From Escherichia coli (GTDB taxonomy: Bacteria > Pseudomonadota > Gammaproteobacteria > Enterobacterales > Enterobacteriaceae), in NCBI RefSeq assembly GCF_003334305.1, contig NZ_QOWS01000027.1: a stretch of DNA of 62,264 bases; one strand, written 5' to 3'. Every line of letters starts with the position of its first letter. Position 1 is the stretch's first letter. Below are positions 37,907-50,952 of the stretch, one piece after another. The position numbers and the translations under genes were made by a program. Below the pieces are notes generated by a model that saw only the letters and a list, made by a program, of their open reading frames with translations, searched no databases and was not told the origin of the DNA.

Positions 37907-39163
37907 TTAGTGGCTAACCGTCTGTGTGCCTGTCGGGACACGAACGTGTTTATATTTGAACATCGCCATGAACGCGAAGGCCAGAACCACGGAGTAACCA
38001 GCGAAAATCAACCATACGGTCTGCCAGTCGGTAATGCCGTTTTGGGTGTACATCTCAACAACTTTACCGCTCACGATGCCGCCGAGGATACAGCCGAAGC
38101 CGTTAGTCATCATCAGGAACATCCCTTGTGCACTGGCGCGAATTGCCGGGCTAACTTCTTTTTCGACAAACACCGAACCAGAGATGTTGAAGAAGTCGAA
38201 TGCGCAACCGTAAACGATCATCGACAGTACCAGCAGTACAGTACCGAACGGAGTCGGGTCGCCGTAAGCAAACAGCGCAAAACGCAGGATCCACGCCACA
38301 ATACTGATCATCATTACGTTCTTAATACCGTAGCGGCTTAAGAAGAACGGGATGGTCAGAATGAACAGGGTTTCAGAGATCTGCGAAATCGACATGATGA
38401 TTGACGCATGCTGCACAATAAAGCTGCTGGCAAACATCGGATCTTTGTCGAAGCTGTGCAGGAAGGTATTACCGAACATGTTGGTAATCTGCAGTTCCGC
38501 GCCCAGCAGCATTGAGAAGATAAAGAAGATTGCCATACGCTTGTTTTTAAACAGCGCGAATGCATCGAGGCCCAGCAGGGTTGTCCAGCTCTGATTCGCT
38601 TGCTGTTTAGCAACCGGAATATGCGGCAGAGTCAGGGTAAACAGAACCAGAATGGCGGAAAGTGCTGCGCCAATATACAGCTGCATGTGGCTTAATTCGA
38701 AGCCAGACAGGCTCACCACCCACATTGCCATGATAAAGCCGATGGTGCCCCAGATACGGATTGGCGGGAAGTCAGTAACGATATCCATCCCGGCATTTTG
38801 CAGGCGATAGTAAGAGATGGTGTTGATTAACCCAAGCGTTGGCATATAAGCAAACGAGTTAATCAATATCACAAGGAACATCGCCTCCGGTGTCGTGACC
38901 TGTGCCGCCATGAACAGCGTGATAGCGCCAATGGTGTGGCAAATGGCATATACCCATTTCGCACTTAACCATTTGTCGGCCACAATCCCCAGCAGCGCAG
39001 GCATAAAGACCGCGGCGATACCCAGTGAGCTATAAACTGCGCCAATAGAAGCACCGTCGAACTTCAGGGTAACAAACATATAGGAGCCGAGGGTCGTCAG
39101 CCAACTTCCCCACAGACAGAACTGCAGAAAAGAGAGGATTTTCAGCTGCAGCTTAAGATTCAT
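37907..39163 (-). CDS. nupG: Nucleoside:H+ symporter NupG
   Basis: 418 aa from MNLKLQLKILSFLQF; MFS transporter; K-12 synteny. Confidence 0.95.
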   Translation of the reverse strand: MNLKLQLKILSFLQFCLWGSWLTTLGSYMFVTLKFDGASIGAVYSSLGIAAVFMPALLGIVADKWLSAKWVYAICHTIGAITLFMAAQVTTPEAMFLVILINSFAYMPTLGLINTISYYRLQNAGMDIVTDFPPIRIWGTIGFIMAMWVVSLSGFELSHMQLYIGAALSAILVLFTLTLPHIPVAKQQANQSWTTLLGLDAFALFKNKRMAIFFIFSMLLGAELQITNMFGNTFLHSFDKDPMFASSFIVQHASIIMSISQISETLFILTIPFFLSRYGIKNVMMISIVAWILRFALFAYGDPTPFGTVLLVLSMIVYGCAFDFFNISGSVFVEKEVSPAIRASAQGMFLMMTNGFGCILGGIVSGKVVEMYTQNGITDWQTVWLIFAGYSVVLAFAFMAMFKYKHVRVPTGTQTVSH

Positions 39164-39364
39164 GTTAATTTCCTCACATCGTGATGCGGATGAGTGTTTG
39201 AAAAAGCACATTTGACCGTGCGAGATGATGGGATTCTATCAACTTCGCGGACTGGTTTTTTGTTACCTGTGGCAAATAATTGCAAACATTCCCAATTTGC
39301 AAAACGAAATTGTGATGTGGATAACATTTTTGCCCCTGAGCATCGTCAGGGGCGGTTAATGGAA

Positions 39365-40471
<1,107 letters not shown>

Positions 40472-40508
40472 TTATGCAAGTTGCCGGAGGCGTGCTCCGG
40501 CACTGTTT

Positions 40509-40787
<279 letters not shown>

Positions 40788-40811
40788 TCATCCTCTTTAT
40801 CGACTCACGCG

Positions 40812-41864
40812 CTAAACCGGCGCGCCAGTGCGTAACTGCTGTAACAAACGCTCCACGGGAGCCGCCAGGCCAACTGACGGCGGTTGCGCTAAGTTATACC
40901 AGAGCGCATTGCCTTCATCCATGCAGCCGGTGAATGACGACACGGGAAGCCACATAGGCACAATATCTAAGTGGAAATGGCTGAAGGTATGGCGAAACGC
41001 GGTCAGCTGCGTCAGGTTATCGGCAGCAATCTGCCGTTGCGCCAGCCAATGCCGCAAACTTTCTTCGTCGGCAAACTGCGGGAAACAGTATAAACCGCCC
41101 CACAATCCGCTCGGCGGACGCTGCGCCAGCAATACTTCATCTTCGTGCTGTAATAGCAAAAAGTAGCCGGTGCGCTCCGGCAGCGTCTGTTTCGGTTTTT
41201 TGCCCGGATAAAGCGACCAGCTATTGTTGGCGGCGGCAATACATCCGTTTTGTAGCGGACAGAGCGAACATTTCGGTTTCGAGCGCGTACAAATCATCGC
41301 GCCCAAATCCATCATCGCCTGATTAAACCGTTCCACGCCGACCGCGGGCGTCACCTGCTCGCTTAAACTCCATAATTTATTCTCGACCTCTTTTTTCCCA
41401 GGCCAGCCGCTTACAGCATAGCAGCGCGCCAGCACGCGTTTGACGTTACCGTCGAGAATCGGAAAGTGCTTACCCAGAGAAAGCGAGAGAATCGCGCCTG
41501 CGGTGGAACGCCCGACGCCCGGCAGTGCTGCAACTTCCTCAAAGGTTTCCGGGAATTTACCGCCGTGTAAGGTCGCCACTTGTTGTGCCGCTTTATGCAG
41601 ATTGCGCGCGCGGGCGTAATAGCCAAGCCCGGTCCACAAGTGGAGAACTTCGTCGAGCGGCGCATTGGCGAGATCGGTCACCGTCGGGAAGCGCGCCATA
41701 AAGCGTTCAAAATAGGGGATAACGGTCGCAACCTGAGTTTGTTGCAACATCACTTCTGAGAGCCATACTTTGTAGGGCGTCTTGTCAATTTGCCAGGGCA
41801 GAGTTTTTCGCCCGTATTTATCGTACCAGTCCAGAACCTGGGCTGAAAATTGCGACGCTTGCAT
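40812..41864 (-). CDS. mutY: Adenine DNA glycosylase MutY
   Basis: 350 aa from [25 protein letters not shown]; 4Fe-4S Cys cluster; synteny. Confidence 0.95.
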   Translation of the reverse strand: MQASQFSAQVLDWYDKYGRKTLPWQIDKTPYKVWLSEVMLQQTQVATVIPYFERFMARFPTVTDLANAPLDEVLHLWTGLGYYARARNLHKAAQQVATLHGGKFPETFEEVAALPGVGRSTAGAILSLSLGKHFPILDGNVKRVLARCYAVSGWPGKKEVENKLWSLSEQVTPAVGVERFNQAMMDLGAMICTRSKPKCSLCPLQNGCIAAANNSWSLYPGKKPKQTLPERTGYFLLLQHEDEVLLAQRPPSGLWGGLYCFPQFADEESLRHWLAQRQIAADNLTQLTAFRHTFSHFHLDIVPMWLPVSSFTGCMDEGNALWYNLAQPPSVGLAAPVERLLQQLRTGAPV

Positions 41865-42024
41865 GGTCACCGAATTCACTGTTGTTGGGGGCAAGATTGC
41901 AGCACAGCGACGGCAGGGTGTAAACCGGAACTTTCCGCAGCCACGGCCTTATCATGCTTGCATCCGGCAACTAACTTTGGATAATGCCCGTTTTCAGAAC
42001 ACTTTCACAAGCGACTAAATCTTT

Positions 42025-42744
42025 ATGAAAAACGACGTCATTTCACCGGAATTTGATGAAAACGGCCGCCCACTGCGCCGTATCCGTAGTTTTGTGCGCC
42101 GCCAGGGGCGACTGACCAAAGGCCAGGAACATGCGCTGGAAAACTACTGGCCGGTGATGGGCGTTGAGTTCAGCGAAGATATGCTGGATTTCCCCGCGCT
42201 TTTTGGCCGTGAAGCGCCGGTGACGCTTGAGATTGGTTTTGGCATGGGGGCGTCGCTGGTGGCAATGGCTAAAGATCGCCCCGAGCAGGACTTCCTCGGC
42301 ATTGAAGTGCATTCACCGGGCGTTGGTGCGTGCCTGGCTTCTGCGCATGAAGAGGGCTTAAGCAACCTGCGCGTGATGTGTCACGATGCGGTTGAAGTGC
42401 TGCATAAAATGATTCCTGACAATTCATTGCGCATGGTGCAGCTCTTTTTCCCTGACCCGTGGCACAAAGCGCGCCATAATAAACGCCGTATCGTTCAGGT
42501 GCCGTTTGCCGAACTGGTAAAAAGCAAACTGCAGCTGGGGGGCGTATTCCATATGGCGACCGACTGGGAACCTTATGCGGAACATATGCTTGAAGTGATG
42601 TCTTCTATTGACGGTTATAAAAACCTGTCAGAGAGCAATGATTACGTACCGCGTCCGGCATCACGTCCAGTGACGAAATTTGAACAACGTGGTCATCGTC
42701 TTGGTCACGGAGTATGGGACTTAATGTTCGAGAGGGTGAAATAA
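42025..42744 (+). CDS. trmB: tRNA (guanine46-N7)-methyltransferase
   Basis: 239 aa; SAM-binding LEIGFGMG; synteny. Confidence 0.95.
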   Translation: MKNDVISPEFDENGRPLRRIRSFVRRQGRLTKGQEHALENYWPVMGVEFSEDMLDFPALFGREAPVTLEIGFGMGASLVAMAKDRPEQDFLGIEVHSPGVGACLASAHEEGLSNLRVMCHDAVEVLHKMIPDNSLRMVQLFFPDPWHKARHNKRRIVQVPFAELVKSKLQLGGVFHMATDWEPYAEHMLEVMSSIDGYKNLSESNDYVPRPASRPVTKFEQRGHRLGHGVWDLMFERVK

Positions 42745-43070
42745 TGGCAAAGAACCGTAGCCGTCGTCTGCGTAAAAAAATGCACATCGACGAATTCCAG
42801 GAATTAGGATTTTCGGTGGCATGGCGATTCCCGGAAGGTACATCGGAAGAACAGATTGATAAAACCGTTGATGATTTTATTAACGAGGTTATCGAACCGA
42901 ACAAACTGGCCTTTGACGGCAGCGGTTATCTGGCCTGGGAAGGTCTGATCTGCATGCAGGAAATCGGCAAATGCACCGAAGAACATCAGGCAATTGTGCG
43001 TAAGTGGCTGGAAGAGCGCAAACTGGATGAGGTACGCACCAGCGAACTTTTCGACGTTTGGTGGGACTAA
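42744..43070 (+). CDS. yggL: DUF469 protein YggL
   Basis: 108 aa from [18 protein letters not shown]; start overlaps the trmB stop. Confidence 0.9.
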   Translation: MAKNRSRRLRKKMHIDEFQELGFSVAWRFPEGTSEEQIDKTVDDFINEVIEPNKLAFDGSGYLAWEGLICMQEIGKCTEEHQAIVRKWLEERKLDEVRTSELFDVWWD

Positions 43071-43102
43071 GAAAGCATACGGGCGATGACAAATGCAAAA
43101 CT

Positions 43103-43185
<83 letters not shown>

Positions 43186-43253
43186 AAAACGCGTACTTTG
43201 TTATCAATCTGGGGCCAGCAAATGCTGGCCTGATTTGTTCTTGAGGGAAGACT

Positions 43254-43973
43254 ATGATGCGCAAAATGCTGCTGGCGGCAGCACTTTCAGTGACGGCAAT
43301 GACCGCTCACGCCGACTACCAGTGCAGCGTCACGCCGCGTGACGATGTGATTGTCAGCCCGCAAACCGTGCAGGTGAAGGGCGAAAACGGCAATCTGGTG
43401 ATCACGCCAGACGGCAACGTGATGTATAACGGTAAGCAATATTCCCTGAATGCCGCCCAGCGCGAGCAGGCGAAGGATTATCAGGCTGAACTACGTAGCA
43501 CGCTGCCGTGGATTGATGAAGGCGCGAAAAGCCGCGTCGAGAAAGCCCGTATTGCTCTGGATAAAATTATCGTTCAGGAGATGGGCGAAAGCAGCAAAAT
43601 GCGCAGCCGTCTGACCAAACTTGATGCGCAGCTGAAAGAGCAGATGAACCGCATTATCGAAACGCGCAGCGATGGCCTGACGTTTCACTATAAAGCCATT
43701 GATCAGGTTCGCGCCGAAGGCCAGCAATTAGTGAATCAGGCAATGGGCGGAATTTTACAGGACAGCATTAATGAAATGGGCGCGAAAGCGGTGCTGAAAA
43801 GCGGCGGTAACCCATTACAGAATGTGCTGGGAAGCCTGGGGGGGCTGCAATCCTCAATCCAAACCGAGTGGAAAAAGCAGGAAAAAGATTTCCAGCAGTT
43901 TGGCAAAGATGTTTGTAGCCGTGTTGTGACTCTGGAAGATAGCCGCAAAGCCCTGGTCGGGAATTTAAAATAA
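43254..43973 (+). CDS. yggN: DUF2884 periplasmic protein YggN
   Basis: 239 aa with signal peptide; K-12 synteny. Confidence 0.9.
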   Translation: MMRKMLLAAALSVTAMTAHADYQCSVTPRDDVIVSPQTVQVKGENGNLVITPDGNVMYNGKQYSLNAAQREQAKDYQAELRSTLPWIDEGAKSRVEKARIALDKIIVQEMGESSKMRSRLTKLDAQLKEQMNRIIETRSDGLTFHYKAIDQVRAEGQQLVNQAMGGILQDSINEMGAKAVLKSGGNPLQNVLGSLGGLQSSIQTEWKKQEKDFQQFGKDVCSRVVTLEDSRKALVGNLK

Positions 43974-44148
43974 TCCTCTATTTTAAGACGGCATAATACT
44001 TTTTTATGCCGTTTAATTCTTCGTTTTGTTACCTGCCTCTAACTTTGTAGATCTCCAAAATATATTCACGTTGTAAATTGTTTAACGTCAAATTTCCCAT
44101 ACAAAGCTAAGGGATAATGCGTAGCGTTCACGTAACTGGAGGAATGAA

Positions 44149-45195
44149 ATGGAGTTTTTCAAAAAGACGGCACTTGCCGCACTGGTTATGGGTTTTAGTG
44201 GTGCAGCATTGGCATTACCCAATATCACCATTTTAGCAACCGGCGGGACCATTGCCGGTGGTGGTGACTCCGCAACCAAATCTAACTACACAGCGGGTAA
44301 AGTTGGCGTAGAAAATCTGGTTAATGCGGTGCCGCAACTGAAGGACATTGCGAACGTTAAAGGCGAGCAGGTAGTGAATATCGGCTCCCAGGACATGAAC
44401 GATAATGTCTGGCTGACACTGGCGAAAAAAATTAACACCGACTGCGATAAGACCGACGGCTTCGTCATTACCCACGGTACCGACACGATGGAAGAAACTG
44501 CTTACTTCCTCGACCTGACGGTGAAATGCGACAAACCGGTGGTGATGGTCGGCGCAATGCGTCCGTCCACGTCTATGAGCGCAGACGGTCCATTCAACCT
44601 GTATAACGCGGTAGTGACCGCAGCTGATAAAGCCTCCGCCAACCGTGGCGTGCTGGTAGTGATGAATGACACCGTGCTTGATGGCCGTGACGTCACCAAA
44701 ACCAACACCACCGACGTAGCGACCTTCAAGTCTGTTAACTACGGTCCTCTGGGTTACATTCACAACGGTAAGATTGACTACCAGCGTACCCCGGCACGTA
44801 AGCATACCAGCGACACGCCATTCGATGTCTCTAAGCTGAATGAACTGCCGAAAGTCGGCATTGTTTATAACTACGCTAACGCATCCGATCTTCCGGCTAA
44901 AGCACTGGTAGATGCGGGCTATGATGGCATCGTTAGCGCTGGTGTGGGTAACGGCAACCTGTATAAATCTGTGTTCGACACGCTGGCGACCGCCGCGAAA
45001 AACGGTACTGCAGTCGTGCGTTCTTCCCGCGTACCGACGGGCGCTACCACTCAGGATGCCGAAGTGGATGATGCGAAATACGGCTTCGTCGCCTCTGGCA
45101 CGCTGAACCCGCAAAAAGCGCGCGTTCTGCTGCAACTGGCTCTGACGCAAACCAAAGATCCGCAGCAGATCCAGCAGATCTTCAATCAGTACTAA
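44149..45195 (+). CDS. ansB: L-asparaginase II (periplasmic)
   Basis: 348 aa; signal peptide and active-site TGGTIAG; matches AnsB. Confidence 0.97.
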   Translation: MEFFKKTALAALVMGFSGAALALPNITILATGGTIAGGGDSATKSNYTAGKVGVENLVNAVPQLKDIANVKGEQVVNIGSQDMNDNVWLTLAKKINTDCDKTDGFVITHGTDTMEETAYFLDLTVKCDKPVVMVGAMRPSTSMSADGPFNLYNAVVTAADKASANRGVLVVMNDTVLDGRDVTKTNTTDVATFKSVNYGPLGYIHNGKIDYQRTPARKHTSDTPFDVSKLNELPKVGIVYNYANASDLPAKALVDAGYDGIVSAGVGNGNLYKSVFDTLATAAKNGTAVVRSSRVPTGATTQDAEVDDAKYGFVASGTLNPQKARVLLQLALTQTKDPQQIQQIFNQY

Positions 45196-45202
45196 TCACC
45201 TC

Positions 45203-45228
45203 GCCCCGGTATCGTGCCGGGGCTTTTT
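45203..45228 (+). terminator. Rho-independent terminator of ansB
   Basis: Hairpin gccccggtatcgtgccggggc followed by TTTTT. Confidence 0.7.
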
Positions 45229-45311
45229 CACTTCAGACTTACGTCCATTGCCAATTTTCATTACCCTAATGATAATCACCGGAATAAATTATTCCGCGTG
45301 AGGTTTTTCGG

Positions 45312-46319
45312 GTGAAAAAGCAATGGATTGTTGGCACGGCACTGCTTATGTTGATGACTGGTAATGCCTGGGCAGATGGCGAACCGCCAACTGAAAATAT
45401 CTTAAAAGATCAATTCAAAAAGCAGTATCACGGCATTCTCAAGCTTGATGCTATCACCTTAAAAAATCTTGATGCTAAGGGTAATCAGGCCACCTGGTCA
45501 GCGGAAGGCGATGTCTCTTCCAGTGACGATCTCTATACCTGGGTCGGTCAGTTGGCAGATTACGAACTGCTCGAACAGACCTGGACGAAAGATAAACCGG
45601 TAAAATTCTCGGCGATGTTAACCAGTAAAGGAACGCCCGCGTCTGGCTGGTCGGTGAACTTTTACTCTTTTCAGGCGGCAGCCAGCGATCGTGGGCGGGT
45701 GGTCGACGATATCAAAACGAATAATAAATATCTGATCGTGAATAGCGAAGATTTCAATTATCGCTTTAGTCAGCTTGAATCTGCGTTGAATACCCAGAAG
45801 AACTCGATTCCTGCGCTGGAAAAGGAAGTGAAAGCGCTTGATAAGCAAATGGTGGCGGCGCAGAAAGCAGCGGATGCATATTGGGGAAAAGATGCAAACG
45901 GTAAGCAAATGACCCGCGAAGAAGCCTTTAAAAAAATTCACCAACAGCGTGATGAGTTTAATAAACAGAACGATAGCGAGGCGTTCGCGGTTAAATATGA
46001 CAAAGAGGTTTATCAACCGGCGATTGCGGCATGTCATAAACAGAGTGAAGAGTGTTATGAAGTGCCGATTCAGCAGAAACGAGATTTCGATATCAACGAA
46101 CAACGGCGACAGACTTTTCTGCAATCACAAAAACTCAGCCGTAAATTGCAGGATGACTGGGTAACGCTCGAAAAAGGGCAATATCCGTTAACGATGAAAG
46201 TTTCAGAAATAAACAGTAAAAAAGTCGCGATTTTGATGAAAATTGACGATATCAACCAAGCTAATGAACGCTGGAAAAAAGATACCGAACAACTGCGGCG
46301 CAATGGGGTGATTAAGTAA
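45312..46319 (+). CDS. yggM: DUF1202 protein YggM
   Basis: 335 aa with signal peptide; synteny. Confidence 0.9.
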   Translation: MKKQWIVGTALLMLMTGNAWADGEPPTENILKDQFKKQYHGILKLDAITLKNLDAKGNQATWSAEGDVSSSDDLYTWVGQLADYELLEQTWTKDKPVKFSAMLTSKGTPASGWSVNFYSFQAAASDRGRVVDDIKTNNKYLIVNSEDFNYRFSQLESALNTQKNSIPALEKEVKALDKQMVAAQKAADAYWGKDANGKQMTREEAFKKIHQQRDEFNKQNDSEAFAVKYDKEVYQPAIAACHKQSEECYEVPIQQKRDFDINEQRRQTFLQSQKLSRKLQDDWVTLEKGQYPLTMKVSEINSKKVAILMKIDDINQANERWKKDTEQLRRNGVIK

Positions 46320-46329
46320 GTTTGATATA

Positions 46330-46470
46330 GTGCACGATTTGTAGCAGGATGCGGCGTTGACCCCGCATCCGGCAATCAACGTCTGATGCGACGCTTGCGC
46401 GTCTTATCAGACCTACAACCGCTGCCACATGTCGGCTGGATAAGGCGTTCACGCCGCATCCGGCAATACA
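46330..46470. repeat. BIME/REP cluster
   Basis: Multiple palindromic REP units (gcggcgttgaccccgcatccggca, gataaggcgttcacgccgcatccggca). Confidence 0.65.
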
Positions 46471-46473
46471 AGT

Positions 46474-47610
46474 TTACTCAGCCAGAAAAAGCTCCAGCAG
46501 CGAATTTAAAAACAGCTTCCCATGTTCCGTTATCTGCCAGTAATCCGCACATTCGGTGAGATAACCCTGGGCAATCGCCTCGTCTAACTGTGGGCGAATC
46601 ACATCTTCGCAAAGCCCGGTATACGCAATAAACTCCACGCGCGGCGCGGCCTCCAGCAGACGGAAGCGATTCATAAAGAACTCAAACGGCTTATCTGCGG
46701 CTTCGACATCACGCTGGCTTTCCAGATACCTTCCTTGCATAAAACCACGCGGATGACGCGTTTTAGTGGTACGCAGAATGCGCCCATCCGGGAAGGTCAC
46801 TTTGCCGTGCGCGCCGCAGCCAATACCGATGTAGTCGCCAAAGCGCCAGTAGTTGAGATTGTGCTGGCACTGATAACTGGGTTTGGCGTAAGCGGAAGTT
46901 TCATATTGCTGATAACCCGCTGCGGTTAATAACTGATGCCCCTGTTCGAATATATCCCACAGCGCGTCGTCGTCCGGCAGTACCGGCGGGCGTGAACCAA
47001 ACAGCGTATTAGGTTCGATGGTCAGTTGATACCAGGAAAGATGCGGCGGATTCAGTTCAATGGCCTGGCGTAGATCGCCAAGCGCCTCTTCCAGTGATTG
47101 ATCCGGTAGTCCATGCATCAAATCGAGGTTAAAGCTACGCAGCCCCAGCCCGCTCGCCAGCTTTGCCGCGCGTTTCGCTTCTTGCGGGCCATGAATACGC
47201 CCAAGTCGTTTCAGCTTGTCTTCGCTAAAACTCTGCACACCAATAGAGATGCGGTTCACACCAGCACGCTGATAATCGACAAAGCGATCGGCTTCTACCG
47301 TACCAGGGTTCGCTTCCATAGTAATTTCTGCATCCGCTGCCAGCGGCAAACGCGCACGCACGCCGTCCAGCAGCGTTTGCATCGCCGGGCCGGAAAGCAG
47401 GCTCGGCGTACCACCGCCAATAAAGATTGTCTTTACTTCACGGCCCTGAGCGTAAGCCACATCGTTGTCCAGATCGCAAAGCAGATGCTGAACGTAATCG
47501 TCGTGCGGCACTTCTCCTTTCAACGCGTGAGAGTTGAAATCGCAGTACGGGCATTTCTGCACGCACCACGGGATGTGAATGTAGAGACTCAGCGGCGGTA
47601 ATTTAACCAT
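46474..47610 (-). CDS. hemW: Radical-SAM heme chaperone HemW (YggW)
   Basis: 378 aa; radical SAM CxxxCxxC ([10 protein letters not shown]); synteny. Confidence 0.95.
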   Translation of the reverse strand: MVKLPPLSLYIHIPWCVQKCPYCDFNSHALKGEVPHDDYVQHLLCDLDNDVAYAQGREVKTIFIGGGTPSLLSGPAMQTLLDGVRARLPLAADAEITMEANPGTVEADRFVDYQRAGVNRISIGVQSFSEDKLKRLGRIHGPQEAKRAAKLASGLGLRSFNLDLMHGLPDQSLEEALGDLRQAIELNPPHLSWYQLTIEPNTLFGSRPPVLPDDDALWDIFEQGHQLLTAAGYQQYETSAYAKPSYQCQHNLNYWRFGDYIGIGCGAHGKVTFPDGRILRTTKTRHPRGFMQGRYLESQRDVEAADKPFEFFMNRFRLLEAAPRVEFIAYTGLCEDVIRPQLDEAIAQGYLTECADYWQITEHGKLFLNSLLELFLAE

Positions 47611-48196
47611 TACGTAAAGCGTCCAGCAGCAGTTTCAATGCCTGACCACGGTGGGAAATGGCGCTCTTTTCTTCGCGGGTCAGTTCGGCGGCGGTTTTCC
47701 CTTCGGAAGGTACGAAGAAGATTGGATCATAACCAAAGCCACCAGTGCCCGCTGGTTCACGAGTAATCACGCCCGGCCAGCTACCGTGGCATACCAGCGG
47801 AGTCGGATCTTCCGCGTGACGCAGATATACCAGCACGCAGTGGAAACGCGCCTGACGTTGGTCATCCTGTACGTCTTTCAGTGTTTCCAGCAGTTTTTGC
47901 AGATTCTTTAGATCGGTCGCGTCTTCACCGGAATAACGCGCGGAGTAAATGCCCGGCGCGCCGCCAAGCACATCTACCGCCAGACCAGAGTCGTCGGCAA
48001 TTGCCGGTAAACCGGTCACTTTTGCCGCATGGCGCGCTTTCAGAATCGCGTTTTCGATAAAGGTCAGGCCGGTTTCTTCAGCGGAATCTACGCCGAGGTC
48101 TGTTTGGGCCACGATATCAAGACCGAAGTCGCTAAGCAGCGACGCCAGCTCACGCACTTTACCGGCATTGCCGGTTGCGAGGACAACTTTTTGCAT
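47603..48196 (-). CDS. rdgB: dITP/XTP pyrophosphatase RdgB
   Basis: 197 aa, [17 protein letters not shown]; Ham1 family. Confidence 0.95.
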   Translation of the reverse strand: MQKVVLATGNAGKVRELASLLSDFGLDIVAQTDLGVDSAEETGLTFIENAILKARHAAKVTGLPAIADDSGLAVDVLGGAPGIYSARYSGEDATDLKNLQKLLETLKDVQDDQRQARFHCVLVYLRHAEDPTPLVCHGSWPGVITREPAGTGGFGYDPIFFVPSEGKTAAELTREEKSAISHRGQALKLLLDALRNG

Positions 48197-48203
48197 AGGA
48201 TAC

Positions 48204-48494
48204 CTAATTAATTAACGCCGCGATTTCTGGCGGGATTTGTTGCGGATTAATGATTTTAATTTGTTTGTGGCGGCCAAGTTCGCCTTTTTCAATCACCACC
48301 TGGCTTTTGGCAACCCGGAATTGCTTACCGAGAAACTTCACCAGATGACTGTTGGCCTGACCGTCAACCGGCGGCGCGGTAATGGCGACTTTAACTTCGT
48401 CGCCATGTAAACCGACAATAGAATCACGGCTGGCTTTCGGCTGAATATAGAGCCGTAAAACCAGACCGTCATCATTAACTGTTACGGCACTCAT
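48204..48494 (-). CDS. yggU: DUF167 protein YggU
   Basis: ~96 aa from the internal Met; synteny. Confidence 0.85.
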
Positions 48495-49057
48495 AACGCC
48501 ATCCACAGCCCCGGCAGCAGCATGTTTCCGGTTGCCTGTAATACTTCTGCGACACCCATATTGATGACATACAGCAGCAGAACGAGGATCATCGGCGAGA
48601 AATCAATCCCACCCATTGCCGGTAGCAGGCGGCGAATCGGGCGCAGCAGCGGATCGGCCAGCTGAATCAGCACGTATTCAATCGGGCTACGACCCTGGCT
48701 TACCCAGCTCATAATCGCCATCACCAGCAGGACCCAGAAAATCAGCAGGCCGATGGTTTTCAGCAGAATCAGTAAACCGGCAATCCAGATGATTGGCAGG
48801 AAGGTCACCACTTTAAACAGCACGATGGCTTTGATAAAACTGAGAATATAGGCAACCAGCAGCGAGGCGCTGTCAATGGGGCCCATTGCCGGAATAACGC
48901 GGCGCAGTGGCCCGATAATTGGCTGCGTTACCTTCACTACAAACTGTGAGAAGGGGTTGTAAAAATCACAATGAGCCCACTGCATCCAGATGCGTAATAA
49001 CAGCACCATGGTATACAGCTCAATGACCGTTGAAAGCAGGAAAGTCAACGTATTCAT
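48491..49057 (-). CDS. yggT: YggT family inner membrane protein
   Basis: 188-aa membrane protein; synteny. Confidence 0.9.
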
Positions 49058-49074
49058 GGCGTTCCTTTAATTCC

Positions 49075-49779
49075 TTATTTTTTAGAGTAATCACGCGCAC
49101 CAAAAATTGCAGTGCCGATACGAACCATCGTGCTACCTGCCGCAATGGCGGCTTCCATATCGTCCGACATTCCCAGAGAGAGCGTGTCGATATGCGGGTA
49201 GCGCGTTTTCAGTCCGGCAAATGCTACAGCCATTTGGCGTGCAACTTCAAACTGCCTTACATATTCTGACTCAGGTGCAGGGATTGCCATCAGCCCGCGC
49301 AGACGTAAACGCGGTAGTTCAGCGACCGCAGCTGCCAGCTCGTCCAGTTCTGCCAGTTGAATCCCGGACTTACTGTTTTCATCACTAATATTAATTTGAA
49401 TCAGTACGTTAAGAGGGGGAAGTTCTGCCGGGCGCTGATCGTTGAGGCGGGTAGCGATGCGCAAACGGTCGATGGTATGACACCAGTCGAAATGCTCTGC
49501 CACCAGGCGGCTTTTATTAGACTGCAACGGGCCAATAAAATGCCATTCTAATCCTGTTACGCCCAGTTCCTGAAAGTGGCGAATTTTATCCACCCCTTCC
49601 TGAACGTAGTTTTCACCAAATTGACGCTGCCCGGCATCAATGGCTTCTGCGATGGCGCTCGCAGGTTTTGTTTTACTGACTGCAAGCAGCGTAATTTCTT
49701 CTGGAGAACGGCCGCAACGCGTTGCAGCCGCTGAGATTTTGTCCCGGACCTGTGCCAGGTTATGCGCAATATCGTTCAT
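49075..49779 (-). CDS. yggS: PLP homeostasis protein YggS
   Basis: 234 aa; alanine-racemase-fold PLP binding (LLAVSKTKP); synteny. Confidence 0.95.
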   Translation of the reverse strand: MNDIAHNLAQVRDKISAAATRCGRSPEEITLLAVSKTKPASAIAEAIDAGQRQFGENYVQEGVDKIRHFQELGVTGLEWHFIGPLQSNKSRLVAEHFDWCHTIDRLRIATRLNDQRPAELPPLNVLIQINISDENSKSGIQLAELDELAAAVAELPRLRLRGLMAIPAPESEYVRQFEVARQMAVAFAGLKTRYPHIDTLSLGMSDDMEAAIAAGSTMVRIGTAIFGARDYSKK

Positions 49780-49796
49780 TTTCCGAGGATCTTAGT

Positions 49797-50777
49797 ATGA
49801 ATATGGAAGAAATTGTGGCCCTTAGTGTAAAGCATAACGTCTCGGATCTACACCTGTGCAGCGCCTGGCCCGCACGATGGCGCATTCGCGGCAGAATGGA
49901 AGCTGCGCCGTTTGATGCGCCGGACGTCGAAGAGCTACTGCGGGAGTGGCTGGATGACGATCAGCGGGCAATATTGCTGGAAAATGGCCAGCTGGATTTT
50001 GCCGTGTCGCTGGCGGAAAACCAGCGGTTGCGTGGCAGTGCGTTCGCGCAACGGCAAGGTATTTCACTGGCATTACGGTTGTTACCTTCGCACTGTCCAC
50101 AGCTCGAACAGCTTGGTGCGCCACCGGTATTGCCGGAATTACTCAAGAGCGAGAATGGCCTGATTCTGGTGACGGGGGCGACGGGGAGCGGCAAATCTAC
50201 CACGCTGGCGGCGATGGTTGGCTATCTTAATCAACATGCCGATGCGCATATTCTGACGCTGGAAGATCCTGTGGAATATCTCTATGCCAGCCAGCGATGT
50301 TTGATCCAGCAGCGGGAAATTGGTTTGCACTGTATGACTTTCGCATCGGGGTTGCGGGCTGCATTGCGGGAAGATCCTGATGTGATTTTGCTCGGAGAGC
50401 TGCGTGACAGCGAGACAATCCGTCTGGCACTGACGGCGGCAGAAACCGGGCATTTGGTGCTGGCAACATTACATACGCGTGGTGCCGCGCAGGCAGTTGA
50501 GCGACTGGTGGATTCATTTCCGGCGCAGGAAAAAGATCCCGTACGTAATCAACTGGCAGGTAGTTTACGGGCCGTGTTGTCACAAAAGCTGGAAGTGGAT
50601 AAACAGGAAGGACGCGTGGCGCTGTTTGAATTATTGATTAACACTCCCGCGGTGGGGAATTTGATTCGCGAAGGGAAAACCCACCAGTTACCGCATGTTA
50701 TTCAAACCGGGCAGCAGGTGGGGATGATAACGTTTCAGCAGAGTTATCAGCAGCGGGTGGGGGAAGGGCGTTTGTGA
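49797..50777 (+). CDS. yggR: PilT-like type IV pilus retraction ATPase homolog YggR
   Basis: 326 aa from MNMEEIVALS; Walker A GATGSGKST. Confidence 0.9.
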   Translation: MNMEEIVALSVKHNVSDLHLCSAWPARWRIRGRMEAAPFDAPDVEELLREWLDDDQRAILLENGQLDFAVSLAENQRLRGSAFAQRQGISLALRLLPSHCPQLEQLGAPPVLPELLKSENGLILVTGATGSGKSTTLAAMVGYLNQHADAHILTLEDPVEYLYASQRCLIQQREIGLHCMTFASGLRAALREDPDVILLGELRDSETIRLALTAAETGHLVLATLHTRGAAQAVERLVDSFPAQEKDPVRNQLAGSLRAVLSQKLEVDKQEGRVALFELLINTPAVGNLIREGKTHQLPHVIQTGQQVGMITFQQSYQQRVGEGRL

Positions 50778-50809
50778 CGTTGCCATGCCCGATGCGCAAG
50801 TTTATAGGG

Positions 50810-50925
50810 CCTATAAAGGCAATAAATGTCTGATGCGACGCTAACGCGTCTTATCAGACCTACAGCCGCTGCCAGATGTGTGCTGGATAAGGCGTTCACG
50901 CCGCATCCGGCAAGATGGCGGTAAC
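50810..50925. repeat. BIME/REP cluster
   Basis: REP palindromes (tgatgcgacgctaacgcgtcttatcagacctaca; ggataaggcgttcacgccgcatccggca). Confidence 0.65.
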
Positions 50926-50952
50926 GACTATCCGCCAGGCTTTTAGATCGCC

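Noticed and set aside
44233-45150. 305-aa minus-strand ORF antisense to ansB
   Set aside because: Fully embedded antisense in a highly conserved core gene; an artefact of ORF calling.
49722-49796. N-terminal extension of the yggR ORF overlapping the yggS 5' end
   Set aside because: K-12-like start at MNMEEIVALS (49797) fits better; the extension is an artefact of the longest-ORF call.
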